A stretch of DNA of 64,000 bases from Octopus sinensis (GCF_006345805.1 NC_043000.1:162192001-162256000), one strand, 5' to 3'. Shown: positions 11,541 to 26,290, numbered from the stretch's first letter. Translations and numbers: made by a program. Notes: generated by a model from the sequence alone, not told the origin.

Positions 11541-14487
11541 GTGTGTGTGTGTGCCTGTGTGTATGCGTGTACATGCGTAGTAGATAGATATGATGTATGT
11601 GTGTATAAAGAGAAAGAGTTAGTGAGCAAGAAAAGAAGACGTCTCAACCGATTCAAGTAGCTGAAGCGAGCTAAACGAAAATTTAAAAAAAAGTTCAAGA
11701 TGCTAATTCTAAATGAAGTTTAAGTAAGATATTGGCACCAACGCAAGCCTGGATATTTATACTCGTGAGAATACAGCTTAATTATGTCTACTGATTCTTT
11801 GTCGTAAAAATGACACGTTGTCCTAAAAAGGTATTGGGTTTTAGACTTTAAAAATACCGGCTTAGCAAGTGTTGGCAGACTTTATATGAATCGAGGCTAT
11901 ATTCTACTTTATTAGCAAAGTTGTTGATAAAGCACTAGAACAAAAATAACGGGAATGTCGGAGAATAAATCCCACAAAGAGGAAGGAATGGGTGGGTGGA
12001 AAACAAAGATTGACATCTTCATCGCTTTTGAAGGAAAATAAAGCAAGACATTAATTTTATATAATGAACCATTTTGTAAAGGTGGTGGGTGATCCCGTAG
12101 CTATGAAACTGCCAGCCGAGTGCTGACGTTTTGAAAAAGACGTGAAAAGATTAGTGCCCTACCAACTGGTCATATATTTCCTCCAATGGCTTTTTTCCCC
12201 AAGGCTCCCATAAGATGGATAAATAAAATCTAGGTAATCCATCAACTGGATTTATTCAAGAAGTTACAAACTTATAACTTATCCATATATTCTAGAACCG
12301 TCATTGTTGATAGAGAGTCTATGTCGTCACCATCTTCTAGAAATAACAGTCAATTCTTCCCCAAAATTACACACTACACTCGTAACCACGGAAAACCTAT
12401 AAGAAAATATAGATTTGTATATATTGAATGAAAAAAAAAAGGACTAACTAAAGATGAAACAACTTTCCCTATAAATAGCTGGACAATGATTACTTGAGGG
12501 CTTATACAACACCACCATATATTCTCATAAGTAGGCTTAGATCACATTTTTTAGGCAGACAAGACGAGCAGTTTCAGCCGGTTTCTTCTTTTTTTCTGTT
12601 TTCTTTATGCTTATGGACTACAAATTATAAAATTGATTAAATAGATCGTCATTTATTCTGTCGCTACTCGAAGTTTTACGATGGACGGTGTAGAATTGGT
12701 AATCGAATACTCTTACTTTACAGTAAAATAGAATTTAAAAGAAAACGACGGGCGATTCCACCGTAGAGACAGTAGCCTTAGAATTGCAGTTGCATCACAG
12801 AATCCAACCTCAGTAATGGGGTCATGTCGACACGTTCATCTACGTTGATTACTTCAGCTTGTGGTCTACCGCGCTATCCGTAGTCTACAGCGTAAAAAAA
12901 AAAAAGAAATCTATCTCCGTAATGTAAATAGCCAGGTAGATTGCACGCTAAAGTCGCACCTGCCAATGTTAGTTTAAATACAAGTAGCTTTAATATAAGA
13001 ACTAAGTATTATTGTGTTTGAGTGAACACGACAAGCAAGACACACACACGCCGAGCAATGGTGTTCAACAGCTTGAGCCAGACTAAGTGAAAAGAGAAAT
13101 AAGTACGGACTTTCATGCATTCAAGAATGTAAATAATCAAAACCGGAGACTGGATCTTACAGAACCACATCAATAACAGTTTGTGAGGATCTACAAAAGA
13201 TCATAAAAAATTCAAAAACCATTTGTCGCTAAACAAATTTTCTCTCGTATATTTGATCGTACCCTAACTTTAATCTAAAGATGGTTATATGGTTTGAGAG
13301 AGATTTGATTGCTACTTCTAAGAAATGCTGACACTCGGTGTAGCTTTATTTCTAATAATTTTGGTGATTAAATGTAAGAGAAAAAAAAATACTAAACTCC
13401 CAACTGCATGAAGGCAATTTTGACCAGCAAGAGAGCTTCTACGTATTGAGAAACTTGCTAGAAATAACAGTAAAATCTCGCTCGAATTATAGTCTTGAAG
13501 TGGGAAAAATAAAGCCGGATAACGTAATCCTGTATTAGCTATATATGAAGAAAATGCGAAGAGATCACCTAAGAAATATCTTTATTCAGAGTTCTGTCCT
13601 TTTAGAGTCGACTTGTGCTAACAACAATTTCTACCTAATTAGATTATTCAGCATCGAGTGTCATGGCCACACATGCTTTCTAATCTCTTTTGTTGTGTTG
13701 CCTGATATTTTTCAGATGAGATGGATATCATTATTACTATATTTACTAGTTGTATACTTATTGATAATATCTTCTATCAAATACATAAACATCTAACCCA
13801 GTCACAAACACAGCTATATAAAAATACCGCCTACGAAACATTCCACAGCGGGTCGCCCGATTGTTAGAAATATATTTCTGAAATCAGTGCTATTAGTGCA
13901 GTATTGTTTGCATTGCTATTTCTGCTGCAGCTTTTACTATTGTTTGTTCTTTATGCCAAAGTCGACGCTGATTAAGCAAGTCTATGATCAAAAGAATGCA
14001 TTCGGTTTCCATGTCGGTAGTGGCTTAGTCTGAGGGCGATTTGGCTGCTAATTCTAACAGTTTGAGCGACCACGTAGAGGCTCTCACTTTCTCTTGTTAT
14101 TCTAGCTGCTGTTATTGCTTCTATTTATACATTCTTGTTTGCTCTTCCCCTCTCTCCACACACACGGGTGTAGCGTTCCATTAGCATAACTTCTACCATT
14201 TACTGAAATTCTAACGATACATTTTTATATTATATGCACTACAATTATGCCCAACAATACACATGCACATAAACAATGCACAGTTTTCACATCACTTGGC
14301 TCAAGCGAAGACGAATTTTACCACAAACATATGCAATGTAAACTATAAAACACGCCTATGAATTAAAACTAGCAATATTGTGTAAAGACATTTTTAGCTT
14401 CAAATGGTTTCGGCTGTTCAAGTTATTTACGATATAAAAGCTGCGTATGTGTGTACACACATAATATATTCACTAACGCGTGTGCGC

Positions 14488-14562
<75 letters not shown>

Positions 14563-17500
14563 TATATATATATATATATAAAATCCGTTCTGTCTGTGTG
14601 TCCGTGTGTCTTCTAGGATCTGGGACATCCTCCATCCGATTGCTATACCGACGGTATAAGGGCGTGTATAAAAGTCTTGAAACAAATTACAAATATCGAT
14701 TCCAGGTGAGAATGTGATTTTGCTCATCCGCTGCAACTTTAAAAACTAAGCGAAGAAAGAGAGGACTTGAAACATAGAACGTAACTAAATACTGCAGTAT
14801 ACTTTGTCTGGTGCTTTGAATCCGGCACTGCCTTACCCTAATATTCATTTGCGGAAATTGTGAATTCGTAAACTTTAGGAATTGGTTTATTAAGAATTAT
14901 TGTCATCCTAACATACATAATTTCTTTTAAAAGACAATGCTAACCACTTCAAAAGCTTAAAAATAGATTCAGTTTCCTGTTATCAAGAGGTGAAAAATAA
15001 TAATAAAAAAATTACAAAGCACAAATCGCGGTGATAAAGTTACCAAACCTTCGCCCACTTCACTGCAACAATACTCCATAAACGGAAGTGCTTAAGAGGT
15101 TCATGAAGTCAAGTAAGAATGATCCGTAATTAAATGAAACACTAAGCTAAGAATACACACGCAATTAAGTTCGTTTAGTGGTTTAGGTTTTTTAAACTAT
15201 GGTCATGCTGGAGCACCACCTCAAGGATTTTAGTCGACTGCATCTAATCTAGTACTTTTATAATGCATAAATGGCCATAATTTGGCCTAAATTTCAAGTA
15301 TTTTTGTTCGGTGCATCGAAGTTTGCTTAGTATTTCCCCGCGAATAAATATTTACACGCGTGCGCTAGCACACCCACATACGCGCGATGAATTAGCAAAA
15401 TCTTTAAAGCGTAGAACAAAAGGCTTCTCTGTTAGCTCCCTACTCTCTAAGTTCAGATATTCTAATATAGGCTGTACTTTCGATACTTTACTGATCGATA
15501 AAATAAAGTGCCAATCCAAGGCAACGGTTGAAGGAACTCTTAAATTATTTGACGAAATGCTTTGTGGGGTTTGTTCTGGTTCAATGAGTTTTGAGTTTTT
15601 GGAGGGAAAATTAATCCATTGGTATTAATTAAATAACGCTTTAATTAATAAAAAAATTAATTCTGTTTGGTAGGTATGGCTATTTCTGGCACCTAATAAT
15701 TTCTTTCATGGGGACAAAATTTTATCGGATAGCAGGAGATTAAGTAAATATTGAGGCAAAATGAAATTAAGAAGGCATAGGGATTTAAATAAATAAAATA
15801 TATTTTACCTCGTATCATACCGTTTCTTGTAACCCGCAGCTCCACAGCAATAATTTTAAAACGACAGGCTACGTACACATTTATATTACTTGTTTCAGTC
15901 ATAGGACTGCAGCCATACTGAAGCACTGCCTTAAAAGATGTTTGGTTGAACAAAGTGACCTAAGTATTGTTTAAAATCTGGTACTTATTCTATCGGTCTC
16001 TTTGGCCGAGCCCCTAGGTTACTGAAACTTAAACAAACCAACTCCGGTTACCAAATTTGCTCAAAGCATTATTCGGTCCGAGATTATAAAAGTCTTGCCC
16101 AAAGTACCATACAGTGGTACTGAACCTAAAGGCCATGTAGTTCCAAAGCGACTATCTTAACCACACAGCCATGTCTGTGCTCAAACTATTAAATACATAT
16201 AGAATATAAAAGCGCATAACAGAGTTAGGTGATGGGCTATCATAGAAAACTGGGGTAACTCAACCTATTCAATGTTGCAACCAAAATATACTGTTTTAAA
16301 TATACAAGAGATATTAGGTTACGTATCGGATATACTAAAAGGCAGGGATAGTCATGAGTAGAATGCCCTCATTCCTAGAGCTACTTGAACGTTAGCTTGC
16401 GACTAAACTTCGATATCGGTGTTATGTGAGGATTTTAAGTTGAAGACGGTAGTTGAGCTATGGTATAATATTTGTAAAATGGATTTAAAATTGTTATGGA
16501 AGTGAAAGCACAATGGAAATAAGGATCTTCTGAGTATTAAACAGGTGTGGTGGTTGGAATCTTATGGAGTGTATCAACAGCAGCAGTTACAGTTTGTGAG
16601 GGAAGGAGCATATCAGTGGGACGGGTGACACACTTCAGCAGAAAATTTCGTCAATGAACGTCCCGAGTTCCAATCAAACGTGATCTGAAACACATTTAAG
16701 CTATAGCTAGCATTATTTAAAATCTACTTCATTGACAACAGTAATGCTTTTCAAAACGCCATGGAACCCATACCTACATTTTACAGATAGTCTTCGCCAG
16801 CCTAGAGTTTCAATTGATTAACTTATATTTTTCATATACAAGGCACTCATTTTGGAATTTTCTAGCGCGGTGCTTAGCAGCCATTTTTTCACTTACGGTA
16901 CACTTATATTCTTTTCAAAATTTGGCGGCTCACCTGAACCAAAAATATAACTAAAACTATAGGGAAAAAAATTATATTCAAGTTACACTGCAGCACACCT
17001 AGCATCGTCTCGTGGCACACAAGTGTGCCGCGGCATACAGGTTGCAGAGCACTGTTCTAGCATCACCGTATCTGTTCGTAGAGTCGAATTTGGCCTGATG
17101 ATTAAGATTCGTGTGTTCGAATGTGTTCAGTGATTCTCTATATTACTGTTTAATCGTTTAGAAACTAATAAGTATTTCGTTAGTTTACGATGCCAGGTTA
17201 AAATCCTGCCTTCGAAATTATCGAGTTTTGAAATAGGGTGACTTATGCCTCTTATGAATGTGTTTGCAGGATCTCTTAGTTATTTACCATTTATTATACT
17301 GGAGGGAAATGTAATCAACACGGCATGTTACTGGTACTTAACCCCGCCCTCACCAAAAAGTTATGAAGGACGTAGTTTTTACGGCAAATATATTTAACCT
17401 TGAAGAAAAAATATAATGAGATTAATCAAACTGTACAAGTGTATTGCAACATGTTAAGCATAATGAAGCCATAGCAACTACATCTATAAGGAAATGGAGA

Positions 17501-19064
17501 AAATCAGTGTGTATGATATAAAGGCTGGAGTGGAAGAGTGAAAATATCATAGCAGCTAGAGAAATCAAAGGTGGAAACAGGATATTTTTATTTGATGAAC
17601 AAGATTTTAATAAGTAAATCCTACATCAAATGTAATTCGGTTAGTAATAATATAGCTTCTCTAGGATGGTCTTACATGTAAGGGATTTTAAAGAGAGACA
17701 AATCCTCTTGTTAGCTTTTGCTGAATAAGTGTGAATGTACAGGATGAAAGCTGGGAGGAAAATGTGAATGAGAACAGGAGTAAGAAATAAAAGAAAGGAG
17801 TGAAAAGAGTGGGGGTGGTTTAAATCACCGGAGTTCTATTTCTCTAATTCTCCTCTTCCCGCTTTGACATTAATTATGGTTTTAAACAATTAGCTTTTAG
17901 TGGATTAACGGGTTTCTTATAAAAGGTTTAAAACTTCAGAGTGATTAATAACGTCAGTTAATACGTTTTACAATACAGACGCGTGCCACGTAGTAAGATA
18001 ATAGCTCCCAGTGAAAGAAAGAGCGGAGGGGAAAGGACGTAGTTTCGAATCTTGCACGACGCCACTTTCGCTTCCTTTACGTTCCCAATACCCTCGAGAA
18101 AGTTCAAGACAACTTTAAATTTCATTCTTCTAAAATATTAGGAGCTTTGGGACTATTAAAAAATTATTCTGTGCAGCGATACGTCTGTGAATTAAGAGAG
18201 GGAGAGGAATCAGTAAGTGCTATAATGAGATCGATACAATCGCCATATTACCTCAACAAAATGTAATTTGATGAGCCAAGGAGGAAGTTTATACGGTTGC
18301 TTGACCGGCTACAAATAGCAAATTCTCCCTCGGACCACTCCACTATCTTCTTCAAAGAGAAAAGACGTAGTGAATGGGCAATATAGCTTTAGATTGTCTA
18401 AAAATACAAAAAATGTATAGATATATATAAAAAAAAATTTGGCCTGTCATGGCTGAATACTTTTGATCACATGCCTGCTTAATCAGGACTGACCTGGGGA
18501 TGAACGACTTAAAATTGATGTTTAGTAAAAAAAATAGTTATTAATAAGCTTTGTTGTTTTCGGCAGATATAAGACCCAAACAATAAAACCGTCATCCCCA
18601 CCAACATTCATTTCTTCATTGCCATGATTTTTAATTAGAAACTTAATTAGATTATGCATTCGCCCGTGTGCATATATAATTACACACAGAAATACGCACG
18701 CACATTATACATATATCGAATGTGTAATTCTTTAGTAAGGTTACTACCTTCTGTATTAACTGACTTGATTTATCCGTTCAGATTGAAGACCATTCACACG
18801 CTAGATCAATTTGGGAACATGCGGCCATGTACAATCGCGCAGTAATGTGCAAATTCATGTTTGTGCCTATACATGCTTGCGAGAGCGGCGTGTGCATTGT
18901 ATTTGTGAGCAGCTACCTTCCATGCTGATTTGCCTGGATGGTAGCATGCATGTGTACACTGATGTGTGCGTCGATTTTATGGGGCACCTGCATGTTCAGA
19001 TACGTACCTACTACCGAATATAGGCAACTGAATATAAATGCATATAAATCTATTTTAATGTGTT

Positions 19065-19125
<61 letters not shown>

Positions 19126-19209
19126 AGATAGAGAATTTTCATGGTGCACAATATTCCGAAGATTTATGTAGTGAACATTTATTCACTGACATTCAGTATC
19201 GTGCTAGTT

Positions 19210-19560
19210 CTTATCAGCAGTATATTTGCGGAAGGGGTGAAAAAGATGATAGTTATTGTTTCCCTAATATAGAAGGCTGCGCTTCTAACAGTGCTGCTCT
19301 TCAAGAAGAACATTCATCAAAAGGTTCACGAGCAGAGGATCATTATCGATTTCAATGGACAAGAAATATCGAAGGTGGACTCAAATTTCGATTTGTAATA
19401 AGTTTTGTAAGGTGGAGAAATGGGATATCACGTGCCTTCAGAACTTCCAGGAACTGATTTCTGCTTCGGATCACAAAAGTTTGCTTCAATTATTCCACAC
19501 TGCGATGAGGTGGAGGACGCATCAACAGTTACAATCTTCCAAAATTGTTCAAAACATTTA
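19210..19560 (+). mobile_element. Possible highly degenerate Gypsy-like pol (RNase H) remnant
   Basis: Frameshifted pieces KAALLTVLLFKKNIHQKVHEQRIII and ELISASDHKSLLQLF resemble KEALAI.FAVKKFH..L.GRRF and TDHKPLL. Weak, by-eye match only. Confidence 0.3.
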
Positions 19561-21661
19561 CGATAACCAACTATAGAGTTATGTCTGCGTGATCATATTG
19601 TTACTCTGCAACAATATGATTCTGGGTTCAATTCCACTGCACAACACGTTGGGCAAGGACCTTCAACTGTTTGCCAATAACTTATATCTGGAATTTGTAA
19701 GTTGGGAACTCCGCGGAATCTCGTTACGCTTGCATAGATATCCTTTTGCTTTCTATTTCCATCCTAGAATGATGACAAAATGCCTCGCCAGCCACTCAAC
19801 TTTGGACATAGTTGTCTGTAACTTGCTAAAATGAAGTTTTCCTTGAGGATTCGTCGGGGTTGAGCATCTATATGCATTTGAATCATCAATCGCAGGGCTC
19901 CAGATGATCATAATAGAGAAACGCGCGTAAAAACTTTATAAACTGGTGCGTATCCTTATTTTTCCAACAGTTCCTCTGTAGTTCATAACTAGCAATACTA
20001 CTCAGTGTAGAAGTTACTTAACAACTATACAGGAAGCAAACTGGATTATGAAAATCTACGTGGAACTCTAAATGTAACCGTAGTAGTCAGACATCTCTAT
20101 GTACACATAATTCCTATACGTGTCTGTGTGTCAGTGAATGTACTTACGTTTATCAGTAAAAGCCGGTGCGTCGCACTACGTTCATTTTATAGAGGAAGGG
20201 TTAGTAGTTTATTTCATCGAACCCGGAGGAAAGAAAGGAAAAGTTAAACCTAACCGTGATTTGAACGTTGGCAGTCGAAAAGATTCCGCTAGGAATTTCT
20301 TTCCGACGATCTAACGATTCCGCCTATCCATCTCCCACGCTTACGTTATAACAGAGATGTCCGAATATTAAGTATTTACTGGATAATAGATTAGTTTGGC
20401 TGAATGCCTTTAGACTATGTCAATACGATCGATTTTGTGAATTGCTGAGTCATAAGACACACATATGTTGCACTCTATTATATAATAATCGTCATTATTA
20501 AGCAACGCAATGCCATCTAATGAAAGTCTTATCAGGAGTGTGATCACGAAGCAATTAAAATTTCAAACGATGCTCTATACAATGATAAAAGCACATTATC
20601 TGGGTTGCTGAGAATCGCATTTAAGAGTAGAGGGGGAGGTGATATTGTAAGTATTATTTAAAAGTCAATTAGAATCTATAGGGTCAACTAATCAAAAGAA
20701 TTTTAATTTAATTTATTACATGTAACAGCTGTCTAAAACGAAGAAGACAAAAGAACGTCGTCTGCGTCAATTTACGGTTTAATCTAATAATATTTTTACA
20801 GCTGTCTGTTTTTTCTCCTCTTTCCAAATATGTCAAACAGATATCTGGTTCGAATAAAAACAATCAGCAAAAAAATCTAATTTGAAAAAAAAAACAAAAC
20901 AATATTACTGGGGATCGATTTTAGAAGTGTTATGAATCGAAAGTGAATTGAGAAAAAAAATTAAAAACCTGGTGGAGGATGAGGGGATAGTCATATGAAA
21001 AAGGTAAATGTCAACATAAATTAGAAATCACTGTTAGCAACAATCGTTTGTTTTTCATCCGATTTTAATCATGCTCGGCTAATGCACTCATTTGCATACA
21101 ATATATGGCAATAACAATTCTTCGAGGCGCCACATCATTATAATAATATTTATGAAAAATAATATTTCGTGAAAGAAGTAAAACGTAGAGGTGGAAAGAA
21201 CAACGGACAGTTTAAATAAAGTGCAGTGAAATGTGAAAAGAAAGAAAAGATAACCTTTCCGAATATTCTTTTGTACCCGTGTCAAAGATTAAAGAAAGAA
21301 AGAAATTAAATAAAAATTGGAATCTTATCAAAGTTTTCGGTGAAATGACAATTAAAATATTACATTATTTTGAAATGTTTAGCAAAATTTAGTGAAGTGT
21401 GTAAACTATATTAAAAGATAAAAATTACAACTGTCGAAAAGAAAAAAGTTAATATTAATTCGTAAAGTAAGACTTCTGTACCGTAAATCCACGCGATACA
21501 CAAATCTATCTAATTTTAAGAACTTTATCAACTGAATATTAAATTTGGTTCCTCAGATGTTCTTTATACTAAAAGAAGATACTGAAGGTGGGGAGAAATA
21601 TTGCTATTATGCAAAAGTGTCTAAGTCCAAAACGTTGCCTTTTCAGAAAACGAAAAAATAG

Positions 21662-22073
21662 GGATCTTTTCGGTTTGAACGGCAGTTTTTTTCTAGCGGT
21701 GTCATATGAAATTGTCACCCATAATTATGACCCTAGTATCGATCTATTGCATTTCAATCTGTTTTAGGTTTAGGGGTGGAGGAAGGGTATCTTTTTTTCT
21801 TCACAAATGTAAATAAACCCAATCTGTTTCTTAAACGAGGGACATATTCATACGGCACAGAATGTTTTCACTTCAATATACGTCATTGATTGGTTGAAAT
21901 TGCAGAAATTGAAGAAAAAAACACAACAAATATCTTACAAACTATAGAATTTTCTCAATAAAGCCAAGAGAAAAAGCTGTTTTATAAACACATTCTACCA
22001 GTATACGAAGTTTAAAAGTGTTTAGTTACGTGGAAATTATTTTTAAAAACTGCCGTTCAAACCGAAAAGATCC
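21662..22073. mobile_element. MITE with 29-bp TIRs and 8-bp TSD (Merlin-like)
   Basis: TIR GGATCTTTTCGGTTTGAACGGCAGTTTTT and its exact reverse complement. Perfect 8-bp TSD AAAAATAG at 21654-21661 and 22074-22081. A second copy lies at 37970-38376. Confidence 0.85.
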
Positions 22074-22384
22074 AAAAATAGTTTCACCATTCCATAGCAA
22101 AACCGTTGTACTACACTGACAATTTTTGATATTTTGGCATCTAAAGCAGCTGGAGATGCGATAGTTTGACCAAAAGAACCGGCTAATGCAAGCAAAAATA
22201 AATATTGAAGAAAACGCATTTGGCCACATTTTGACAAACGACAGTTTAACATAATAGCAACGAATGTTTTTAAAATACCACATTGGTGAAATTGTATCGA
22301 TGTCGATTCATTCGAAATATTACTTTTATAAAAAAATGCAACAAAAGTCTAACAAGTTCAATATATTTTACAAAAACAACTTAC

Positions 22385-22609
22385 CTGAGCTGCCCCTGCA
22401 AGGCTTAGTAGAAACAAAATCCATTTGGGATGTCCAAATCTTTGACATAACGAAGGCCGTATAGAGCCCCATCCACATTTTACATTAATATTATCGTCCA
22501 TGTTATCAGGAGGAAGTCTTGTATGGCAAGTCGGTAACTTGCCATTTTTCTCAGGCGGAGAAATACCGCCATTTTCACTCATGGCTGTATATGATATTGG
22601 CCCAGTCAT
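22385..22609 (-). CDS. SLCO4A1: First coding exon of an SLCO4/OATP4-like organic anion transporting polypeptide (partial; 75 codons, phase-0 donor)
   Basis: MTGPIS...NVKCGWGSIRPSLCQRFGHPKWILFLLSLAGAAQ matches the OATP4 N-terminal motif (CGW...P.CLQ....PK..LF.L......Q-G) leading into TM1. The exon is exactly 225 nt and ends at a consensus donor CAG|GTAAGT (intron starts at 22384). Family-level call; exact orthology is uncertain. Confidence 0.85.
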
Positions 22610-24112
22610 GTTCGTGAATTTAGGAAAATATATTAACTTGAAAAACTAAAACCGGCAATTACCTTTTAATTATCGTTTACTTTTGATTGTCTTTTACAAT
22701 CTTTGTTAGCATGGCAAAAAGAAGAAAAAAAAGGGTATTATTATTTATTCATTTTGCATTTGTGGAATATATATATTTTTTACTTTTATATATATATATA
22801 TACAAACTTACAAATGAACAAACTACTTCCGATTTCACAGATTCGAGATCAAATCGGCGTTCGAACTGATATTCTAAAACGTATGTGTTTATGAAATGAT
22901 TATATGTAAATTTAATATCTATTAGAAACGAATGACCGGAATGTAGCCAAATAAGGAATTTATGAATACTATTTCTAATAATACTCGAAGCTTATTAAAC
23001 TATAAACGAAATCCTCTCCATTTCTAAGAGACTGCTAGAGCCATCACACAAAGGATGCGGAAATTACAGGTAATACTACTTTACACCGCATTTTAACTCA
23101 TTCGAGCCCATCCCTGACACTTCGGCTTAATGGAATGGACAAGTGAAATGATATGTATATCACGTTTAATATAAAATTCTATCTTTATAGAGTGCTTAAC
23201 ACAATGATTATAAAAAGTCTATGACACATGCTAAGTTTACATGATTATGTATATAGCATATATATATTTGCTACAAATTATATACTGGCTCTCAGATACA
23301 CACACATCTAAATTAGATTCAGTTAAGTTTGATTTTTGTAGTAGAATATATTTTTGGTCATGATACGAATACAAATACTTTCGATTTATGGTTGTATCAA
23401 AAAGGGAGACTGAATAAGTGGGGAAAAGACAAAACAACCAGTTCCGATTTGTTTTGATTTTGGACGGCAAGAAGTAACAATAACGGTCTTTAAGAGTTTC
23501 TTTGATATTTATCCAATTTATAAGCTTATCTAAAGGTACGCCTACTAATATACTGTCTCAATTTCGAATAATCTTTTAGAGTTATTGCTCTTTTTCTTTA
23601 TATATAAAACATAAAAGAGCTGCAGCTAATTATAGGTCGTAGGAGTATTTTTCAAATTAGGAAAATCCTTTTCAAGTGTTTTTGTGTTTTCCTCTTCGCT
23701 TCGTATTCTGTTCTCGGTTCGTATTAAACTGTAAAGACCTGGTAGAAAATAAAAAGGAAAAATAATGCAGTGAGATTAAAATATAACATCAGTATGATTA
23801 TATATTTATTGCTTACTTATGCACATATATCATGGTATTCTAATCTAGCTTTCTGTAATTCTGTAATTTACTTTCATGTAAAACGTAACGCTACTTTCAT
23901 TTTCTCGAGTCCATATTCTGAAAAAAGGCTAAAATGAAATACTGTAGCATTCAACCTTGTCTTAATAGCCTTATTTACAGAAATGAATTTGTATTAACTG
24001 GGAATTGAAACCTATTCGTCACGATTGTACCTCTTATCATACGGCGACGACGACAAAACGTAACATCATATTGATTTTTGTCTTTAGTATAAATCCGTAT
24101 AATTTTGGAAAA

Positions 24113-24342
24113 GGCGGCGAGCTGGCAGAAACGTTAGCACGCCGGGCGAAATGCTTTGCAGTATTTCATCCGCCGCTGCGTTCTGAGTTCAAATTCCGCG
24201 AGGTCGACTTTGCCTTTCATCCTTTCGGGGTCGATAAATCAAGTACCAGTTACGCACTGGGATAGGTGTAATCGACTTAATCCGTTTGTCTGTCCTTGTT
24301 TGTCCCCTCTGTGTTTAGCCCCTTGTGGGTAGTAAAGAAATA
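24113..24342 (+). mobile_element. Full-length tRNA-derived SINE (Meta/MESC-like) with 24-bp TSD
   Basis: Starts GGCGGCGAGCTGGCAGAAACG (A-box like), has B box GAGTTCAAATTCC and ends CCCCTTGTGGGTAGTAAAGAAATA. TSD TATAAATCCGTATAATTTTGGAAA at 24088-24111 and 24343-24366. Confidence 0.92.
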
Positions 24343-25204
24343 TATAAATCCGTATAATTTTGGAAAGTTACTTAGTTGTATTTCGTTGGTACTTACTTTC
24401 TCTATGCACACATTAAAAGCAGGCAAAATGATCTCACTAGAATTTGAACTTGGAACGTAAAGAGACGTAAAAATAACTTGCATAATACCATTTCTATCAA
24501 TACATTATTCCAATAATGTCGGTTTTGGCACAAAGCCAACCATTACGGGGAAGGTGTTTCAGTCGATTACAGCGACCCCAGTGCTCAACTGGTACTTATT
24601 TTATCAATCTCGAAAGAATGAAAACCAAAGTCGACCTCGGCAGCATTTGATCTCAAAACGTAATGTTGGAAGAAATGCCGCCAAGCATTTGGTCCGGCGC
24701 GGCAACGCCGCCTTACATAATTTTCTCTTGTTATTTTGGTTTTCCGATTTGGCAATAACAGATCTTAGACCGGACATTATTTATTTCGTTTCTTTTTTCA
24801 ATGATATAATTTCTCTTCATGCCAAATCAAACGCCTACATATTTGGCTCACCTTTTCCATATATTCGCTCATTTGTATATTTGTTATAGATAACTAGCAA
24901 AGACGAAATGTCATGTGGGGAAAATATGTCTGGACACATACATTATAATTAGTCTAGATATTTTATACATATTTTCCATGGAGATAGATCTATGTTTCTA
25001 GCAGAGCTGTGTAGATAATTATATACAGAGAGTACCTTCATTAGCAAATAATCTAGTAAACAGTCTAAGAGCGCCACTGATTTTTAAATGTCACGAAACT
25101 GTAATTTATTTTCTACGTGTCATTCCGTTTAAAAAAAAGTTTAGTACTTTATCTAAAATTCGAAATTTTAGTATTTCAACGAGTCTTTACGACAACACAG
25201 CCAC

Positions 25205-26290
25205 TCCTACATCTGAAAAATGGAAAGTAGGTCACAAAGGATTGAAGAAATTAATGAGTGTGTATATATAGTATACAGGTGTTCATGAATTCAGTGTAGC
25301 GCTACTGATAGATCACGTGGGATCTCTTCTGGAAGTATAGAACTTAGAATGTATAATATATTGGTTTCACATTTCAGGCAGGAATTAAGATGGTTACATT
25401 GACTCAAGTGTTCAACCGTTACTTATTTTACGACCCTGAAGTGAGGTTAGGGCAAGTTGACGTCGGTGGAATTGGAACTAATAACGTTAAAAAAATGGAC
25501 GAAATGCGTATGAGCATTTCGCCAAGCATACCAACGATGCTGTCAACTCGTCGCCTTCGTCGCAGGAAAACTCACTTTTGTCAGCCGAATAGGTTTGAGA
25601 AGCATGACATGAAGTGCTCGCTTCGTCATCAAAAACGCAATCTTATGATCCTCTGTGCTATGCACTAACCGCTAAGCCGCAAAGCCACGTGCCTCCACGT
25701 GACTAAAATGCGTAATATATTATTTATATAGTAACACTAACCAACAAAATATGGCTACTCTTAAAAAGGTGCAGTGTTTGGATGTTTGATATATTATATG
25801 GTAGAAGATAAGTAAGAAAAGAAGGGTGAAAAAGACTTAAGATGTGTAAAACTTAGAAACAAGTATTAAGTGTAATGTATGAAGAAAGCTAAAGCCTAAA
25901 GAACGGAATATATACGTAAATGAGGGTAGTGTTACATAGTGAGAGAGATATAAAGGTAGAGACATAACTACCTCGATTCACAGAAAAAGCAAACAATGTG
26001 AATAAAATATACACACATACACACTTAGGTCACCTGAGAGGTGCAGAGGCATACAGATATTTTCAAGCAACTTAACTCCTTCCAACATATTTTTATGCTC
26101 AAATCACATCTGGTCATTATTGTGCCTCGTCTTCTCCAAAATGATGCAAAATGTCACTATATATGCTTATGCGAAATCTCAAATACCTGCTTCTTCTTTT
26201 TTTATGCATAAGCCTCCTGCCAAGTCAAAAGGAACCCACCTTCGCATATTTACGTACACACTTACATTGCATACATACAAGTTTTTGACA
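25205..26290. repeat. Local segmental duplication, copy A (~1.1 kb)
   Basis: Collinear with 26940-27580 plus 28300-28550. It includes a 92-bp block (25891-25982) identical to 27448-27539. Confidence 0.9.

Noticed and set aside
12100-13100. Possible minus-strand spliced transcript (donor ~12716, acceptor ~12397) in a CpG-richer patch
   Set aside because: All frames are interrupted by stops, with no recognisable protein; splice-like motifs alone are insufficient.
22043-22252. ORF with signal-peptide-like MRFLQYLFLLALAGSFG
   Set aside because: It lies in the SLCO intron, runs into a MITE, has no homology I recognise, and the reconstructed pre-insertion frame stops soon after.
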